DNA of 64,000 nucleotides from Methyloprofundus sp. Lineage in GTDB: Bacteria; Pseudomonadota; Gammaproteobacteria; Methylococcales; Methylomonadaceae. The notes beneath the pieces are model-generated. The model was not told the DNA's origin, did not search any database, and worked only from the letters and a program-made list of their open reading frames with translations. Each line of letters opens with the position of its first letter. Within the stretch, counting starts at the first letter, position 1. Position numbers and translations under genes: made by a program. The stretch spans positions 1,899,630 to 1,963,629 of the forward strand of contig AP023240.1 in NCBI GenBank assembly GCA_016592635.1, read 5' to 3'. Below, piece after piece: positions 29,143 to 38,863 of the stretch.

Positions 29143-30532
29143 GTTGATTGTCCTTAGATTGGGGAGCTTCGGTATTGATGGCATCAGGTAATGGCCAACT
29201 GCCAGCAAGGGCTCGGTACAATTGGATGCGATATTCTATTAACAAACGTTTGGCAAGAATGCGCCTGCGCTCTAATGCTTGTTGACTGATTTGGGTGGAT
29301 AATACCCTTAAAAAATCAATGGCACCATACATATAACGGGTACGAATTTGTAGGGTTGCTTGTTGTGAATATTGATATTGTTTATCCAGGCTGACAATCA
29401 GTTTTTGTTGTTGCTGTTCTTGAATCAGTGCGTCTTCTACTTCTTTTATTGCCTGTTGAATGGCAGTGGCATAATTGTTTAAGGCTTCTGCCGCAACAGC
29501 TCGAGTTCGATCTACTTCGGCAGCACGTCGGCCACCATCCACAATAGGCATAATGATATTACCTGCCAAAGTACCAATCCAGTTATTAAATAAGGATTGT
29601 AGGTTGGGTGCAGTGGTATCAATACTGGCCGATAAACTTAACTTTGGGTAGCGGTCGGCAATAGCTGAGGCGATGCGTTGATCAGCCGCTTGTACCCGAT
29701 AATAGGCAGTGCGCAAATCAGGGCGGCGCTGTAATAACTCGCTACTAAGCCCCGATTGTGGTTGCGCGGGTAAATCAGGCAGCTGATTTTGTTCGGGTAT
29801 GTGCAGCATGCTGGGCGTAGTACCTGTCAAGATCGCTAATTGATGTTTTAGTACCTGGGTATTGGCAAGCACATCACTTTGGTTGCCAATGGTGGCTTCC
29901 AAGATTTGTTGTTGTTGAAGTAGGTCGGCTGCGGTGGCTTGTGCGCCTGCAAAGCGTGAGATCAGCAACTGTACATTGTCTTGGTTGGTTTTGATTTGTT
30001 GTTGCAGTAATTGCAATTGGCTACGTTGTTCGACTAAACGATACCAAGTAATTGCCACTTCAGTGGAGACAGAAATTGCCGCCGTATTTAAATTTTCAGC
30101 AGCGGCCTGTACATCTAACTCGGCAGCATTCGTTTGGGCACGAATTCTTCCCCATAAATCAACCTCATAACTAGCTCCTAAGCCTAGGCTGAAGTGGGAG
30201 TTATCCACGGTATTGCGATAGGTTTGGTCACCATTGAATACCGCACTGATACTGGGAATCAAATCAGCACTGGTTTTATCGGCAAGTGTTTGTGCTTGTT
30301 GCAAGCGATTAAAAGCAGCTAATAAGCTGAAGTTATTGTTTAACGCTGAGTCGATTAATTGATTAAGTTGCGGGTCATTAAGCACTAGCCACCATTGTTC
30401 TTGCATTGGTATGAGACCTGTTTGCGAGAACTGCTCGGGGATTTCGGTGGGTGGTTTGATTTCTTCTATGGGAACTGCGCAAGCATTTAGAAGCATCGTG
30501 ACAAAAATAAGCAGTAGGAATTTAATCTTCAA
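29135..30532 (-). CDS. efflux outer-membrane factor lipoprotein (NodT family)
   Basis: 465 aa with lipobox LLNAC and two TolC-like repeats. Confidence 0.85.
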   Translation of the reverse strand: MKIKFLLLIFVTMLLNACAVPIEEIKPPTEIPEQFSQTGLIPMQEQWWLVLNDPQLNQLIDSALNNNFSLLAAFNRLQQAQTLADKTSADLIPSISAVFNGDQTYRNTVDNSHFSLGLGASYEVDLWGRIRAQTNAAELDVQAAAENLNTAAISVSTEVAITWYRLVEQRSQLQLLQQQIKTNQDNVQLLISRFAGAQATAADLLQQQQILEATIGNQSDVLANTQVLKHQLAILTGTTPSMLHIPEQNQLPDLPAQPQSGLSSELLQRRPDLRTAYYRVQAADQRIASAIADRYPKLSLSASIDTTAPNLQSLFNNWIGTLAGNIIMPIVDGGRRAAEVDRTRAVAAEALNNYATAIQQAIKEVEDALIQEQQQQKLIVSLDKQYQYSQQATLQIRTRYMYGAIDFLRVLSTQISQQALERRRILAKRLLIEYRIQLYRALAGSWPLPDAINTEAPQSKDNQHG

Positions 30533-30823
30533 AGCTATGTATTAAGTGTTTTTAGTGCAAGAGGTAAATTTGTACGCCATAAGAGGCTATCGCCAGTATT
30601 TAATTAGCATTTTGTAATATTATAGTGGATGCTGGTTGGTTTAGTCAGAGTAACTTGTAAATTCTTGTGTTGTTATGGCTCTGCATACTCCATAGCTTTA
30701 ATTATGCAGGGATACTTAGTATGCGCCACGTTGTTTAGCAACACTGATTTAAGGTCAATTTGACAAAAATATTACATATCTATGATAATGCAAATATAGC
30801 AAATATATTTTTAGGAATTACAC

Positions 30824-31048
30824 ATGGCTCAACTACATTTTTACCTCCCGGACTCATTAGCTGATAGTGTAAGGCTAAAAGCTGAACATGCTCATTTATC
30901 AGTTTCTAAGTACCTTGCAGAATTAGTAAAGCGAGAAGTGACTAATCAATGGCCTGAAAACTACTTTGATAATTTTGGGCAATGGGACGGTGATGTTTTG
31001 CAACGTCCTGATCAAGATGCTTTGGAACAACGGGAAATATTAGACTAA
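30824..31048 (+). CDS. vapB: ribbon-helix-helix antitoxin (VapB-like)
   Basis: 74 aa. The N-terminal LHFYLPDSLADSVRLKAEHAHLSVSKYLAELV is RHH-like. Its stop overlaps the vapC start (TAATG). Confidence 0.6.
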   Translation: MAQLHFYLPDSLADSVRLKAEHAHLSVSKYLAELVKREVTNQWPENYFDNFGQWDGDVLQRPDQDALEQREILD

Positions 31049-31446
31049 TGTATCTGCTTGACTCCAACGTGTGTATTCACCTGTTAAATAATCGCCATTC
31101 ACAAATTGAAAAGCACTTTCGTCGCTCTTCGCCCTCTGAAATTGCTTTATGTAGTATTGTTAAAGCAGAGTTGATTTTTGGTGCCCGACATAGTAAAAGA
31201 GTAGAAGCTAACCTGCAACTACTCAAGTACTTTTTTGAGCCGCTCAGTAGTCTTGCATTTGACGACCGATGTGCAGAGGAATATGGAGTAATACGTGCAG
31301 ATTTAAGTGCTCAAGGGAAAGTTATTGAGCCTAATGATCTATTGATAGCAGCGATAGCGAGAGCAAATGATGTTGTTTTAGTAACACATAATACAAAAGA
31401 GTTTTCTCGTATTACGGGGCTACGATTAGAAGATTGGCAAGAGTGA
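31048..31446 (+). CDS. vapC: PIN-domain toxin VapC
   Basis: 132 aa. MYLLDSNVCIHLL carries the first acidic PIN residue, and the C-terminal VLVTHNTKEF block is present. Confidence 0.85.
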   Translation: MYLLDSNVCIHLLNNRHSQIEKHFRRSSPSEIALCSIVKAELIFGARHSKRVEANLQLLKYFFEPLSSLAFDDRCAEEYGVIRADLSAQGKVIEPNDLLIAAIARANDVVLVTHNTKEFSRITGLRLEDWQE

Positions 31447-31487
31447 TTTTTATCTTGGGTTTATGTTTTCAAGAAATTAAGTTCACC

Positions 31488-33038
31488 CTAAGTTGTAGGG
31501 CGGGTAACATCTACTTTGACTTTCAATTTCTGCCCCAGCTGTAAATATTTGCCCAGTTTATTGGCATTCCACTTACGTAAATCATGAATACTGACATTGA
31601 ACTTTTCTGAGATAGAATATAAAGAATCCCCCGAACGCACTGTGTAATGAATTGACTGAGTGCTGCCGGTACGACGCTTGTATTGTGGTTTGCCCGTTGT
31701 TTTTTTCTTAATAACTAATTTCTGTCCTAACTGTAGCGGTGTTTTTAAACCAATGCGATTCCAACGAGCGATATCTTTACTGCGTACATTTTTCTTTCTG
31801 GCAATTGACCATAAACTATCGCCTTTTCTAACGGTGTAAGTAGGGTGTTTGTTAGATGGATTGGTATTATTAGCTAGCAGAAAAGGGTTATTGGCAATTT
31901 TATGGCGTGAGGCAGGGATTAATAAATAGGCACCTGCACGAATATTGTTATTTTTGAGGTGATTAACCTCGCGAATAACACTGGTTTTGGTTTTATAGCG
32001 CCGGGCTATGCTGCCTAGGTTTTCCCCTGACTTAACTTTATGGCGTTGCCATTGGATACGCTCATGCTGAGGCAGTTTGGCTAAATTTTCTTTAAATAAT
32101 TCTGCATTATCTATCGGGATTAAGATCCTGTGTGGACCTTGCGGTGGCGTATAGGCGCGATTGAAGCCTGGGTTTAAATGAAATAATTCTTTAAGGGAAA
32201 TTTCAGAAAGTTTGGCTGCGGTGTTTAAATCAAGCTGGGAATTGATATTGACGGCTAAAAAAGCAGGTTTGTGTGCTTGCGTTTTTAAGCTAATGCCATA
32301 CTTCTCTGCATGCTTGAAGACGTGAGCCAGAGCCAGTAGCCTTGGTACATATGCTTGGGTTTCTTTTGGTAAATTCAAGACCCAGTAATTAGTCGGTTTG
32401 TTATTGCGCTTATTACGCCTCATGGCGCGGCTGACCGTGCCCATGCCCGCATTATAAGAAGCTAGAGCGAGTAACCAGTCGTTATCATAAACCCCCCCTA
32501 GTTTTTTCAGATAACTGGTTGCTGCTTCTGTGGAGGCATAAACATCACGGCGACCATCGTACCACCAGTTTTGTTCCAAGCCATAGAGCCTGCCAGTGGA
32601 AGGAATAAACTGCCATAAGCCAGCTGCTCGGGCATGTGAGTATGCATGCGCTCTAAAGCCACTTTCCACCGCAGGTAATAAGGCGAACTCACCAGGTAAA
32701 CCTTTGGCTTCAACTTCTTTAATAATGTTATAGAGGTAGGGTTCAGCACGAGTTTGAATTTTTGCTATATATTCAGGGTGTTTTTTGAACCATGCTATTT
32801 CACGATCAATCCGAGCGTTATTGACTTCAGGAATGGCAAACAGGGAAATAAGGTATTGCCAGCTATCATCAGCGGCTATTGATTTGGAAACAATAATTGA
32901 GCTAGGGTGTGGTGTTGCTGTTAAAGCAGCGGCAGGGTATTTCGGCTCAGAATCAATAGATTTTTGCCAGCTACAGCCTTGAGTGATAAGAAGGAGTATT
33001 GCGCTACTAATAACCCCCAAATGCTTGAAGTTTTGCAT
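31488..33038 (-). CDS. mltD: membrane-bound lytic murein transglycosylase D (SLT domain plus 3 LysM)
   Basis: SLT catalytic block ESGFRAHAYSHARAAGLWQFIPSTG and three LysM repeats (YTVRKGDSLWSIARK and similar). The lipoprotein start MQNFKHLG...LITQGC is at 33038. The track ORF extends to 33116. Confidence 0.88.
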   Translation of the reverse strand: MQNFKHLGVISSAILLLITQGCSWQKSIDSEPKYPAAALTATPHPSSIIVSKSIAADDSWQYLISLFAIPEVNNARIDREIAWFKKHPEYIAKIQTRAEPYLYNIIKEVEAKGLPGEFALLPAVESGFRAHAYSHARAAGLWQFIPSTGRLYGLEQNWWYDGRRDVYASTEAATSYLKKLGGVYDNDWLLALASYNAGMGTVSRAMRRNKRNNKPTNYWVLNLPKETQAYVPRLLALAHVFKHAEKYGISLKTQAHKPAFLAVNINSQLDLNTAAKLSEISLKELFHLNPGFNRAYTPPQGPHRILIPIDNAELFKENLAKLPQHERIQWQRHKVKSGENLGSIARRYKTKTSVIREVNHLKNNNIRAGAYLLIPASRHKIANNPFLLANNTNPSNKHPTYTVRKGDSLWSIARKKNVRSKDIARWNRIGLKTPLQLGQKLVIKKKTTGKPQYKRRTGSTQSIHYTVRSGDSLYSISEKFNVSIHDLRKWNANKLGKYLQLGQKLKVKVDVTRPTT

Positions 33039-33244
33039 AGTAATATGATTTGCTGACTTTAAAGTGTTTTTAATTATAGTATAGATGGCTATGCTAATCT
33101 GCGTACGAAATATCATATTTTCTATGAGCTAGAGGGATATAATTAACAATTTTCAGAGTGTTTTGTGGAAAAGTATAGCTTTTGGGACTTTTACATGGGT
33201 TACGGGGAAAACTGTGCAGTATACAGTACCTAAATAAGTAAGCT

Positions 33245-33631
33245 TTAACTAAATACAGCATCCATATACTCATCATGAAGCAAATAGATGGTGAGCCCTA
33301 TCTTTTCCAGATTTTTACAGAGCAAAGTATATTCCTTATAGTGCTCTGCGCGAATAATGCGGTAGGTTTCACCTCGGCTGTTATGAATGCCGATTACCAT
33401 ACCTTCTCCCATATAGCTTAGTGGTTGCTTACGATAATTTTGTTGACCAACTGCACTTAAAGAAAATTTTTGATTTATTTTGTCAATTATCTCGGATATT
33501 TGTTGGTTAGCAGGGTGCTGCTTTTGTGTTACTTGCAAGTCAGACAATGCATGGTAAGCGGTGTGTGTATTCAAATTTAATTTACTCAGATTATGAATTC
33601 CAAGTAATAATTCTCTACTATGTTTGGGCAT
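33245..33631 (-). CDS. hypothetical protein
   Basis: The ORF runs to 33697, but that start is only about 55 bp from the divergent SRPBCC start. The internal start MPKHSREL at 33631 is more plausible. No family recognised. Confidence 0.35.
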   Translation of the reverse strand: MPKHSRELLLGIHNLSKLNLNTHTAYHALSDLQVTQKQHPANQQISEIIDKINQKFSLSAVGQQNYRKQPLSYMGEGMVIGIHNSRGETYRIIRAEHYKEYTLLCKNLEKIGLTIYLLHDEYMDAVFS

Positions 33632-33752
33632 GGCTGTGTCGTTTGTGAAATATGAAAGTAGGGAAATTAACAGATTTTTTAATTTTAATTGCAACAATAT
33701 ACCTTATAATAAGCGGCTTGTTTTTTATTACACTATAAATTAGGAAGTGAAT

Positions 33753-34352
33753 ATGAAAAAAATCTCTTTACTCGCGTTTTTCTTGTTTTTATTTAGTACT
33801 GTTTCATACGCGCATGGTCCTGTTAGAGGGAAAATGACAGCGACTGTTGATATTGAAGCTCCGGCAGATGAAGTGTGGGATATTATCAAAAATTTTGATG
33901 ATATGTCATGGCTCCCCCCTGTTGTTGAGACGGAAGCTGAGGGCGGTAATAAAAAAGGTGCTACGCGTGTTTTGACCCTAGCGGGCGGTGGTACTGTGAC
34001 AGAATTTCTTAAAAAGTATGATGCGAAAAAAATGTCATACACGTACAAAATTACGGATATGAGTGTTGCTAAAACAATTCAGCATTCTGGTCAAGATGAG
34101 GATGTGCCTGTTATAGCGGTTGATAACTACCAAGGTAAATTGACAGTTAAGAAGAAAGGCGATAGCACTGTTGTGGTGTGGGTTGCGACTTATTACCGTG
34201 GCTATATGAATAATAATCCTCCGGTAGAGTTAAACGAAGAAACAGCTGATGAGCAAGTGACTGCTATTTTAAAAGCAGGTTTGACAAGTTTGTTACATAA
34301 ATTTGAGCCAAACACATTACCTACAGCAATTACGTTTACTATGAAAAGGTAA
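33753..34352 (+). CDS. secreted SRPBCC-superfamily protein (MxaD-like), copy 1
   Basis: ATG at 33753 preceded by AGGAAG. It has a signal peptide ending VSYA-HG and the SRPBCC-type block IEAPADEVWDIIKNFDDMSW. About 90% of residues are identical to copy 2. Confidence 0.75.
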   Translation: MKKISLLAFFLFLFSTVSYAHGPVRGKMTATVDIEAPADEVWDIIKNFDDMSWLPPVVETEAEGGNKKGATRVLTLAGGGTVTEFLKKYDAKKMSYTYKITDMSVAKTIQHSGQDEDVPVIAVDNYQGKLTVKKKGDSTVVVWVATYYRGYMNNNPPVELNEETADEQVTAILKAGLTSLLHKFEPNTLPTAITFTMKR

Positions 34353-34426
34353 TCTGATTGTAAATTATTTTGCATAATAATTAGATTACTTGGTTTTTAT
34401 TACCCTATAAATTAAGATGTGCATAT

Positions 34427-34545
34427 CAATACCTTCGCCAAAATGAAAATCAACCCATTTTGGCAAGTTTTAGTCTGTAAGTGATTGATTAACATGTGAT
34501 TAAAAAGGCTGTTTTGAGTTTAAATCAGAATTGGCGAAGGTATTG
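34427..34545. mobile_element. 119-bp MITE-like insertion
   Basis: Perfect 15-bp terminal inverted repeat CAATACCTTCGCCAA (34427-34441 and complement 34531-34545). It is flanked by the direct repeat GCATAT (34421-34426 and 34546-34551). It is absent from the homologous leader of copy 1. Confidence 0.7.
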
Positions 34546-34549
34546 GCAT

Positions 34550-35149
34550 ATGAAAAAAAATTCCTTACTCGTATTTTTCTTGTTTTTGTTTAGTGCTGTT
34601 TCATATGCGCATTGCCCTGTTAGAGGCAAAATGACAGCGACTGTCGATATTGAAGCGCCTGCAGATGAAGTATGGGATATTATCAAAAATTTTGATGATA
34701 TGTCATGGCATCCTGATATTGCTAATACTGAAGCCGAGGGTGGTAATAAAAAAGGTGCTACACGTGTTTTAACCTTAGCGGGCGGTGGTACTGTGACAGA
34801 ATTTCTTAAAAAGTATGATGCGAAAAAAATGTCATACACATACAAGATCACTGATATGAGTATTGTTAAGACAATTCAGCATTCTGGTCGAGATGAGGAT
34901 GTACCTGTTCTGGCTGTTACTGATTACCAAGGTAGATTGACAGTTAAGAAGAAAGGCGATAGCACTGTTGTGGTGTGGGTTGCGACTTATTACCGTGGCT
35001 ATATGAACTATAACCCTCCAGTAGAGATGAACATAGAGACAGCTGATGAACAAGTGACTGCTATTTTAAAAGCGGGGTTGACAAGTTTGTTACATAAATT
35101 TGAACCAAACACATCACCTACTGCAATTACCTTTACTATGAAAAGATAA
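34550..35149 (+). CDS. secreted SRPBCC-superfamily protein (MxaD-like), copy 2
   Basis: ATG at 34550 aligns with the copy 1 start. The track ORF start at 34496 lies inside the MITE-like insert and is probably spurious. Confidence 0.75.
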   Translation: MKKNSLLVFFLFLFSAVSYAHCPVRGKMTATVDIEAPADEVWDIIKNFDDMSWHPDIANTEAEGGNKKGATRVLTLAGGGTVTEFLKKYDAKKMSYTYKITDMSIVKTIQHSGRDEDVPVLAVTDYQGRLTVKKKGDSTVVVWVATYYRGYMNYNPPVEMNIETADEQVTAILKAGLTSLLHKFEPNTSPTAITFTMKR

Positions 35150-35277
35150 AATATTTATAGGTAATTTTATTGCCTGTAAAATAAAAGGTTTCGGCAATTT
35201 ATTAGTGACTTATTAATTAAATTGCCAAATTTTCTCATTCTATAACTGTTGTATGACTCCCTAATCAGTATCTGACT

Positions 35278-36234
35278 ATGCCTTTCAAATTTCTTACTCC
35301 TATTTTTGCATTTGCCATTTTATTAGTAAATAGCTCTATGCTATTAGCCGATTCATATGCTTTTATTACTAACCAGCTAGATGGCAACGTAGCGGTTATT
35401 GATTTACAATCTAATCAAGTGATTAAATCAATAGCTGTTAAAGGCAAGCCTGTAGGGGTTGCTGTTAATTCACAACTTAAGCAAGTGTATATCAGCACAC
35501 CTGAAGGAGCAGGTTTTGTTGTTATTGATATTGCAAGCTTGCAACAAATCAAGCAAGTTAAGGTTGGTGGGGCTTCAGTTGGTATTGCAGTGAGTCCTGA
35601 TGGCAAGCGCATTGTTGTTGCTGATTGGTATGAAAATACCGTCTCTATTTTTAATAGTGCTGATTTACAGTTGGAAAAAAAGCTAACCGTGGGGAAATCA
35701 CCCTCTGGTGTTGTTATTAGCCCTGATAATCGTTGGCTTTATGTTGCTAATCGCATGGATGATTCTATTTCACAAATTGATTTGCAGACCTTTAGAGTGA
35801 GAAACACCACCAAAGTGGGCGCACATCCTTTTGGTATTAGCTTAAATAAAAAGGGTGATAGGCTTTATACAGCAAATGTAGAAAGTAATGACGTGTCGGT
35901 GTTAGCTACCAAAAATTTAAAACGCTTAGCTAAAGTTAAAGTGGGAGGGCGACCTTACGCAATGGCCTTGGCCTTGGGTGAAACGCGCTTATTTGTGACT
36001 AACCAAGATGATAATACTATTTCGGTCATTGATACGGCTACGTTAAAAGAAATCAAGCAAATTGAAGTGGGTGATAAGCCTGAAGGTATTAGTACCCATA
36101 CTGATGATCGCCATGTGTATGTGGCTAATTGGTTTGATGGCACTGTTTCTGTAATTGATGCCAAGTCTTTGACTGTTGTGCAAACAATTACCACTGGTGA
36201 AGGTAGTCGCGCTTTTGGTAATTTTGTTTATTAA
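35278..36234 (+). CDS. YVTN-family beta-propeller repeat protein (secreted)
   Basis: 318 aa with a signal peptide and repeated units of the form G..P.G(V/I)A(V/I)SPDG.R(L/V)YVAN...D.(T/S)VSVID. Confidence 0.85.
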   Translation: MPFKFLTPIFAFAILLVNSSMLLADSYAFITNQLDGNVAVIDLQSNQVIKSIAVKGKPVGVAVNSQLKQVYISTPEGAGFVVIDIASLQQIKQVKVGGASVGIAVSPDGKRIVVADWYENTVSIFNSADLQLEKKLTVGKSPSGVVISPDNRWLYVANRMDDSISQIDLQTFRVRNTTKVGAHPFGISLNKKGDRLYTANVESNDVSVLATKNLKRLAKVKVGGRPYAMALALGETRLFVTNQDDNTISVIDTATLKEIKQIEVGDKPEGISTHTDDRHVYVANWFDGTVSVIDAKSLTVVQTITTGEGSRAFGNFVY

Positions 36235-36259
36235 CATAGGAAGTGCATCATCACCGCAA

Positions 36260-36284
36260 GATGCGCTTCGTTCCTCAGCGCATC
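36260..36284. terminator. bidirectional hairpin between convergent genes
   Basis: GATGCGCT (36260-36267) and AGCGCATC (36277-36284) form a perfect 8-bp stem with a 9-nt loop, between the YVTN stop and the GGDEF-EAL stop. Confidence 0.5.
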
Positions 36285-36289
36285 CTATA

Positions 36290-38749
36290 CTAAGCTAGCC
36301 TAGATTCTATATATTGTTCGAACTGTTTGATCGGCATGGGTTTGGCATATAAATAGCCTTGAGAATATCGGCAACCTTGCTCAAGCAAAAATGTTTGTTG
36401 AGCTTGCTCTTCAACTCCCTCGGCAATCACTTCCAATTGCATACTTTTAGCAATTAAAATGACGGCTTTTACAATAGCCTCATCATCACTATCCCCTGGA
36501 ATATCACGTACAAACGACTGATCAATTTTTAGTTTTTTAACCGGTAAACGTTTGAGATAAGCCAGCGAAGAATAGCCTGTACCAAAATCATCAATGGAAA
36601 TTTTACAACCTAAATCTCTGATTTTTTCGAGTAATACAATGGCTTGTTCTGGTTCATTCATGGCGTAGCCTTCGGTGACTTCAAATTCTACCCATTTTGG
36701 ATCACACTTTGTTTGTTTAAGGGTTTCTTTAATCGTGGTAATCAGGGTTTTATCATTCAGCTGTTTAACTGATAGATTAATAGATACAGTTGCTATAGCG
36801 AGTCCTTTTGCTTGCCAAGTGCTCATATCCTGCATGGCTTGATAAAGTATCCAGTGGCCGATTTCTAGAATCTGGCCTGATGTCTCAGCAGCGGCAATAA
36901 ATTGGTAGGGGGTAATAAGGCCTAATTGAGGGTCATGCCAGCGTATAAGTGCTTCAGCACCTATAACCATGTTGCTAAAGGCATCAATTTGTGGCTGATA
37001 ATGTAATACAAATTCATTATTACTGATTGCTCTACGTAAGTTATTTTCCAGTAAAACTCTTTCTAGAGCCTGTTTAGATAATGCTTCAGTATAAAACTCA
37101 TAGCTATCGCGGCCATTTTCTTTGGCTTTGTACATTGCTATATCTGCGAAGCGTAATAAACTCTCCGGATTATTACCATCATCAGGGTAAATAGCAATGC
37201 CAATACTGGTGGTCAAATAAAATTGATAATGATCAACTGTTAAAGGAGTGCGTAGAGTATCGAGGATTGTTTGCGCAACATGACTCACTTCTATGGGGGT
37301 ATTGATTTTTTCCAGTAAAATAGTAAATTCATCCCCCCCAAATCTAGCGAGGGTATCACCTTGACGCAGAATGCTTTTTAATCGTTGTGCAACTAACTTT
37401 AGAACTTGATCACCAACTGAGTGTCCTTGGGTATCATTAATTTCTTTAAATCGATCCAAATCAATAAAAAGTACAGCACTATAGCTACCTTGCTGCGGAC
37501 GTTGTTTACTTACTTGTGTTAAGTGCTCAAGAAAGAGAGTACGATTTGTTAAACCTGTTAAGGTATCGAAATGCGCATAGCTTATCAGTTGTTGTTCGCG
37601 CTCTTTATGTTCGGTTATGTCACGAGAAACACCTAAGATGCCAGTAATATTGCCACTAGCATCCCGCATTGGCGTTTTGATGGTTTCAAATAAGCCTTTA
37701 TGACTATTGTCAGCAAATTTAAGGTAATTACTATAGGTCTGTGAAGTATTAGTAGCAGCAGCAATGTTATCATTATGCAGAGAAGTATTTTTGGGCTCAA
37801 TAAAATCATCAACGGTACGACCAATAATACTGGCTTCTTTTGCACCAACAAAACGTTCAAACATAGCATTACATGCTAAATATTGCCCCCCAGTATCTTG
37901 TAGCCAAATTAAGTCGGGAATCACGTCAAAAATAGTTCTTAGAAAATTGCTTTGAGTCAGTAATTCTTTTTGCAGTCGTTTGATTTCTTTTAGATCAATA
38001 TCAACACAATACATTTCAGAATATGTTGGGTCAACTTGGATCATAATATGCTGTGAAAAAACATTAACATCAGTACCATTTTTAGCAACTAATGTTAATT
38101 CGCTAGAGGGGATTGCAACTCCCTTATGTAACCAGTTTTCAATACCATCATGTACGGCTTGACCCATAAATTCAGGAATAATAAGGGATTCTAGAGTCTT
38201 ACCAAAAGCTTCTTTGGCACTGTAGCCATAAAGTCGTTCACTCGCCTTATTCCAGTAAATAACTTCATGTTTTTCATTGTATCCTTGTACAGAAATAGCT
38301 TCTGAATTTTCCATAATATGCTGAAACATTTTTTTCTGATGTTCCAATAATATTTCTGCTTCATTCAGTTGTTGTTTAAGTTGCAGCTCCTTTATTTCTA
38401 GACTACTATTTAAGCTGCAATGCTCGCTAAAAATGCCAACCGTGCCATCGTCAAGTTTTACGATTGTATTTTTTTGCCATTGTTCAGTCGTATCATTCTG
38501 ACAAGTCGGAGTACTAATGACTGCTGTCTCACCACTTTGCTCAACCCTTAGCATAGTAGCAAAAAGTTCTGACTCTTGCGTAATGGGCGAATAGTCAGTT
38601 ATTTTATGCCCCAATAGTTTATAACAATTTATTTGGTTATTTTTTTCAGCGGCATTATTACAAGTTACAAAGGCAAAATTATTGTTGTCTTTTTGATAAA
38701 TAACGACATTAATTGGTAACAGATCGATATCAAGACTAAAAGATGACAT
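36290..38749 (-). CDS. cytoplasmic PAS-PAS-GGDEF-EAL signalling protein
   Basis: 819 aa with PAS-type segments. GGDEF motif RFGGDEFTILL; EAL motifs EALIRW and DDFGTGYSSL. Confidence 0.9.
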   Translation of the reverse strand: MSSFSLDIDLLPINVVIYQKDNNNFAFVTCNNAAEKNNQINCYKLLGHKITDYSPITQESELFATMLRVEQSGETAVISTPTCQNDTTEQWQKNTIVKLDDGTVGIFSEHCSLNSSLEIKELQLKQQLNEAEILLEHQKKMFQHIMENSEAISVQGYNEKHEVIYWNKASERLYGYSAKEAFGKTLESLIIPEFMGQAVHDGIENWLHKGVAIPSSELTLVAKNGTDVNVFSQHIMIQVDPTYSEMYCVDIDLKEIKRLQKELLTQSNFLRTIFDVIPDLIWLQDTGGQYLACNAMFERFVGAKEASIIGRTVDDFIEPKNTSLHNDNIAAATNTSQTYSNYLKFADNSHKGLFETIKTPMRDASGNITGILGVSRDITEHKEREQQLISYAHFDTLTGLTNRTLFLEHLTQVSKQRPQQGSYSAVLFIDLDRFKEINDTQGHSVGDQVLKLVAQRLKSILRQGDTLARFGGDEFTILLEKINTPIEVSHVAQTILDTLRTPLTVDHYQFYLTTSIGIAIYPDDGNNPESLLRFADIAMYKAKENGRDSYEFYTEALSKQALERVLLENNLRRAISNNEFVLHYQPQIDAFSNMVIGAEALIRWHDPQLGLITPYQFIAAAETSGQILEIGHWILYQAMQDMSTWQAKGLAIATVSINLSVKQLNDKTLITTIKETLKQTKCDPKWVEFEVTEGYAMNEPEQAIVLLEKIRDLGCKISIDDFGTGYSSLAYLKRLPVKKLKIDQSFVRDIPGDSDDEAIVKAVILIAKSMQLEVIAEGVEEQAQQTFLLEQGCRYSQGYLYAKPMPIKQFEQYIESRLA

Positions 38750-38863
38750 AAGTGGGTTCCTTGCACTATGTTAAGGCGCGGGACTCGCGTTTATAAGTTT
38801 TAAGGGATTATAGCGACTACTGTATTTGCTTGCTTAGATGTGTCTCACAAATATTAACTATAT

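Noticed and set aside
33740-34851. Two similar antisense ORFs (33740-34048 and 34525-34851) opposite the SRPBCC paralogues. Their conservation initially looked meaningful.
   Set aside because: Their similarity is a trivial consequence of the tandem duplication of the sense genes. The translations are low-complexity and lack starts with an RBS.
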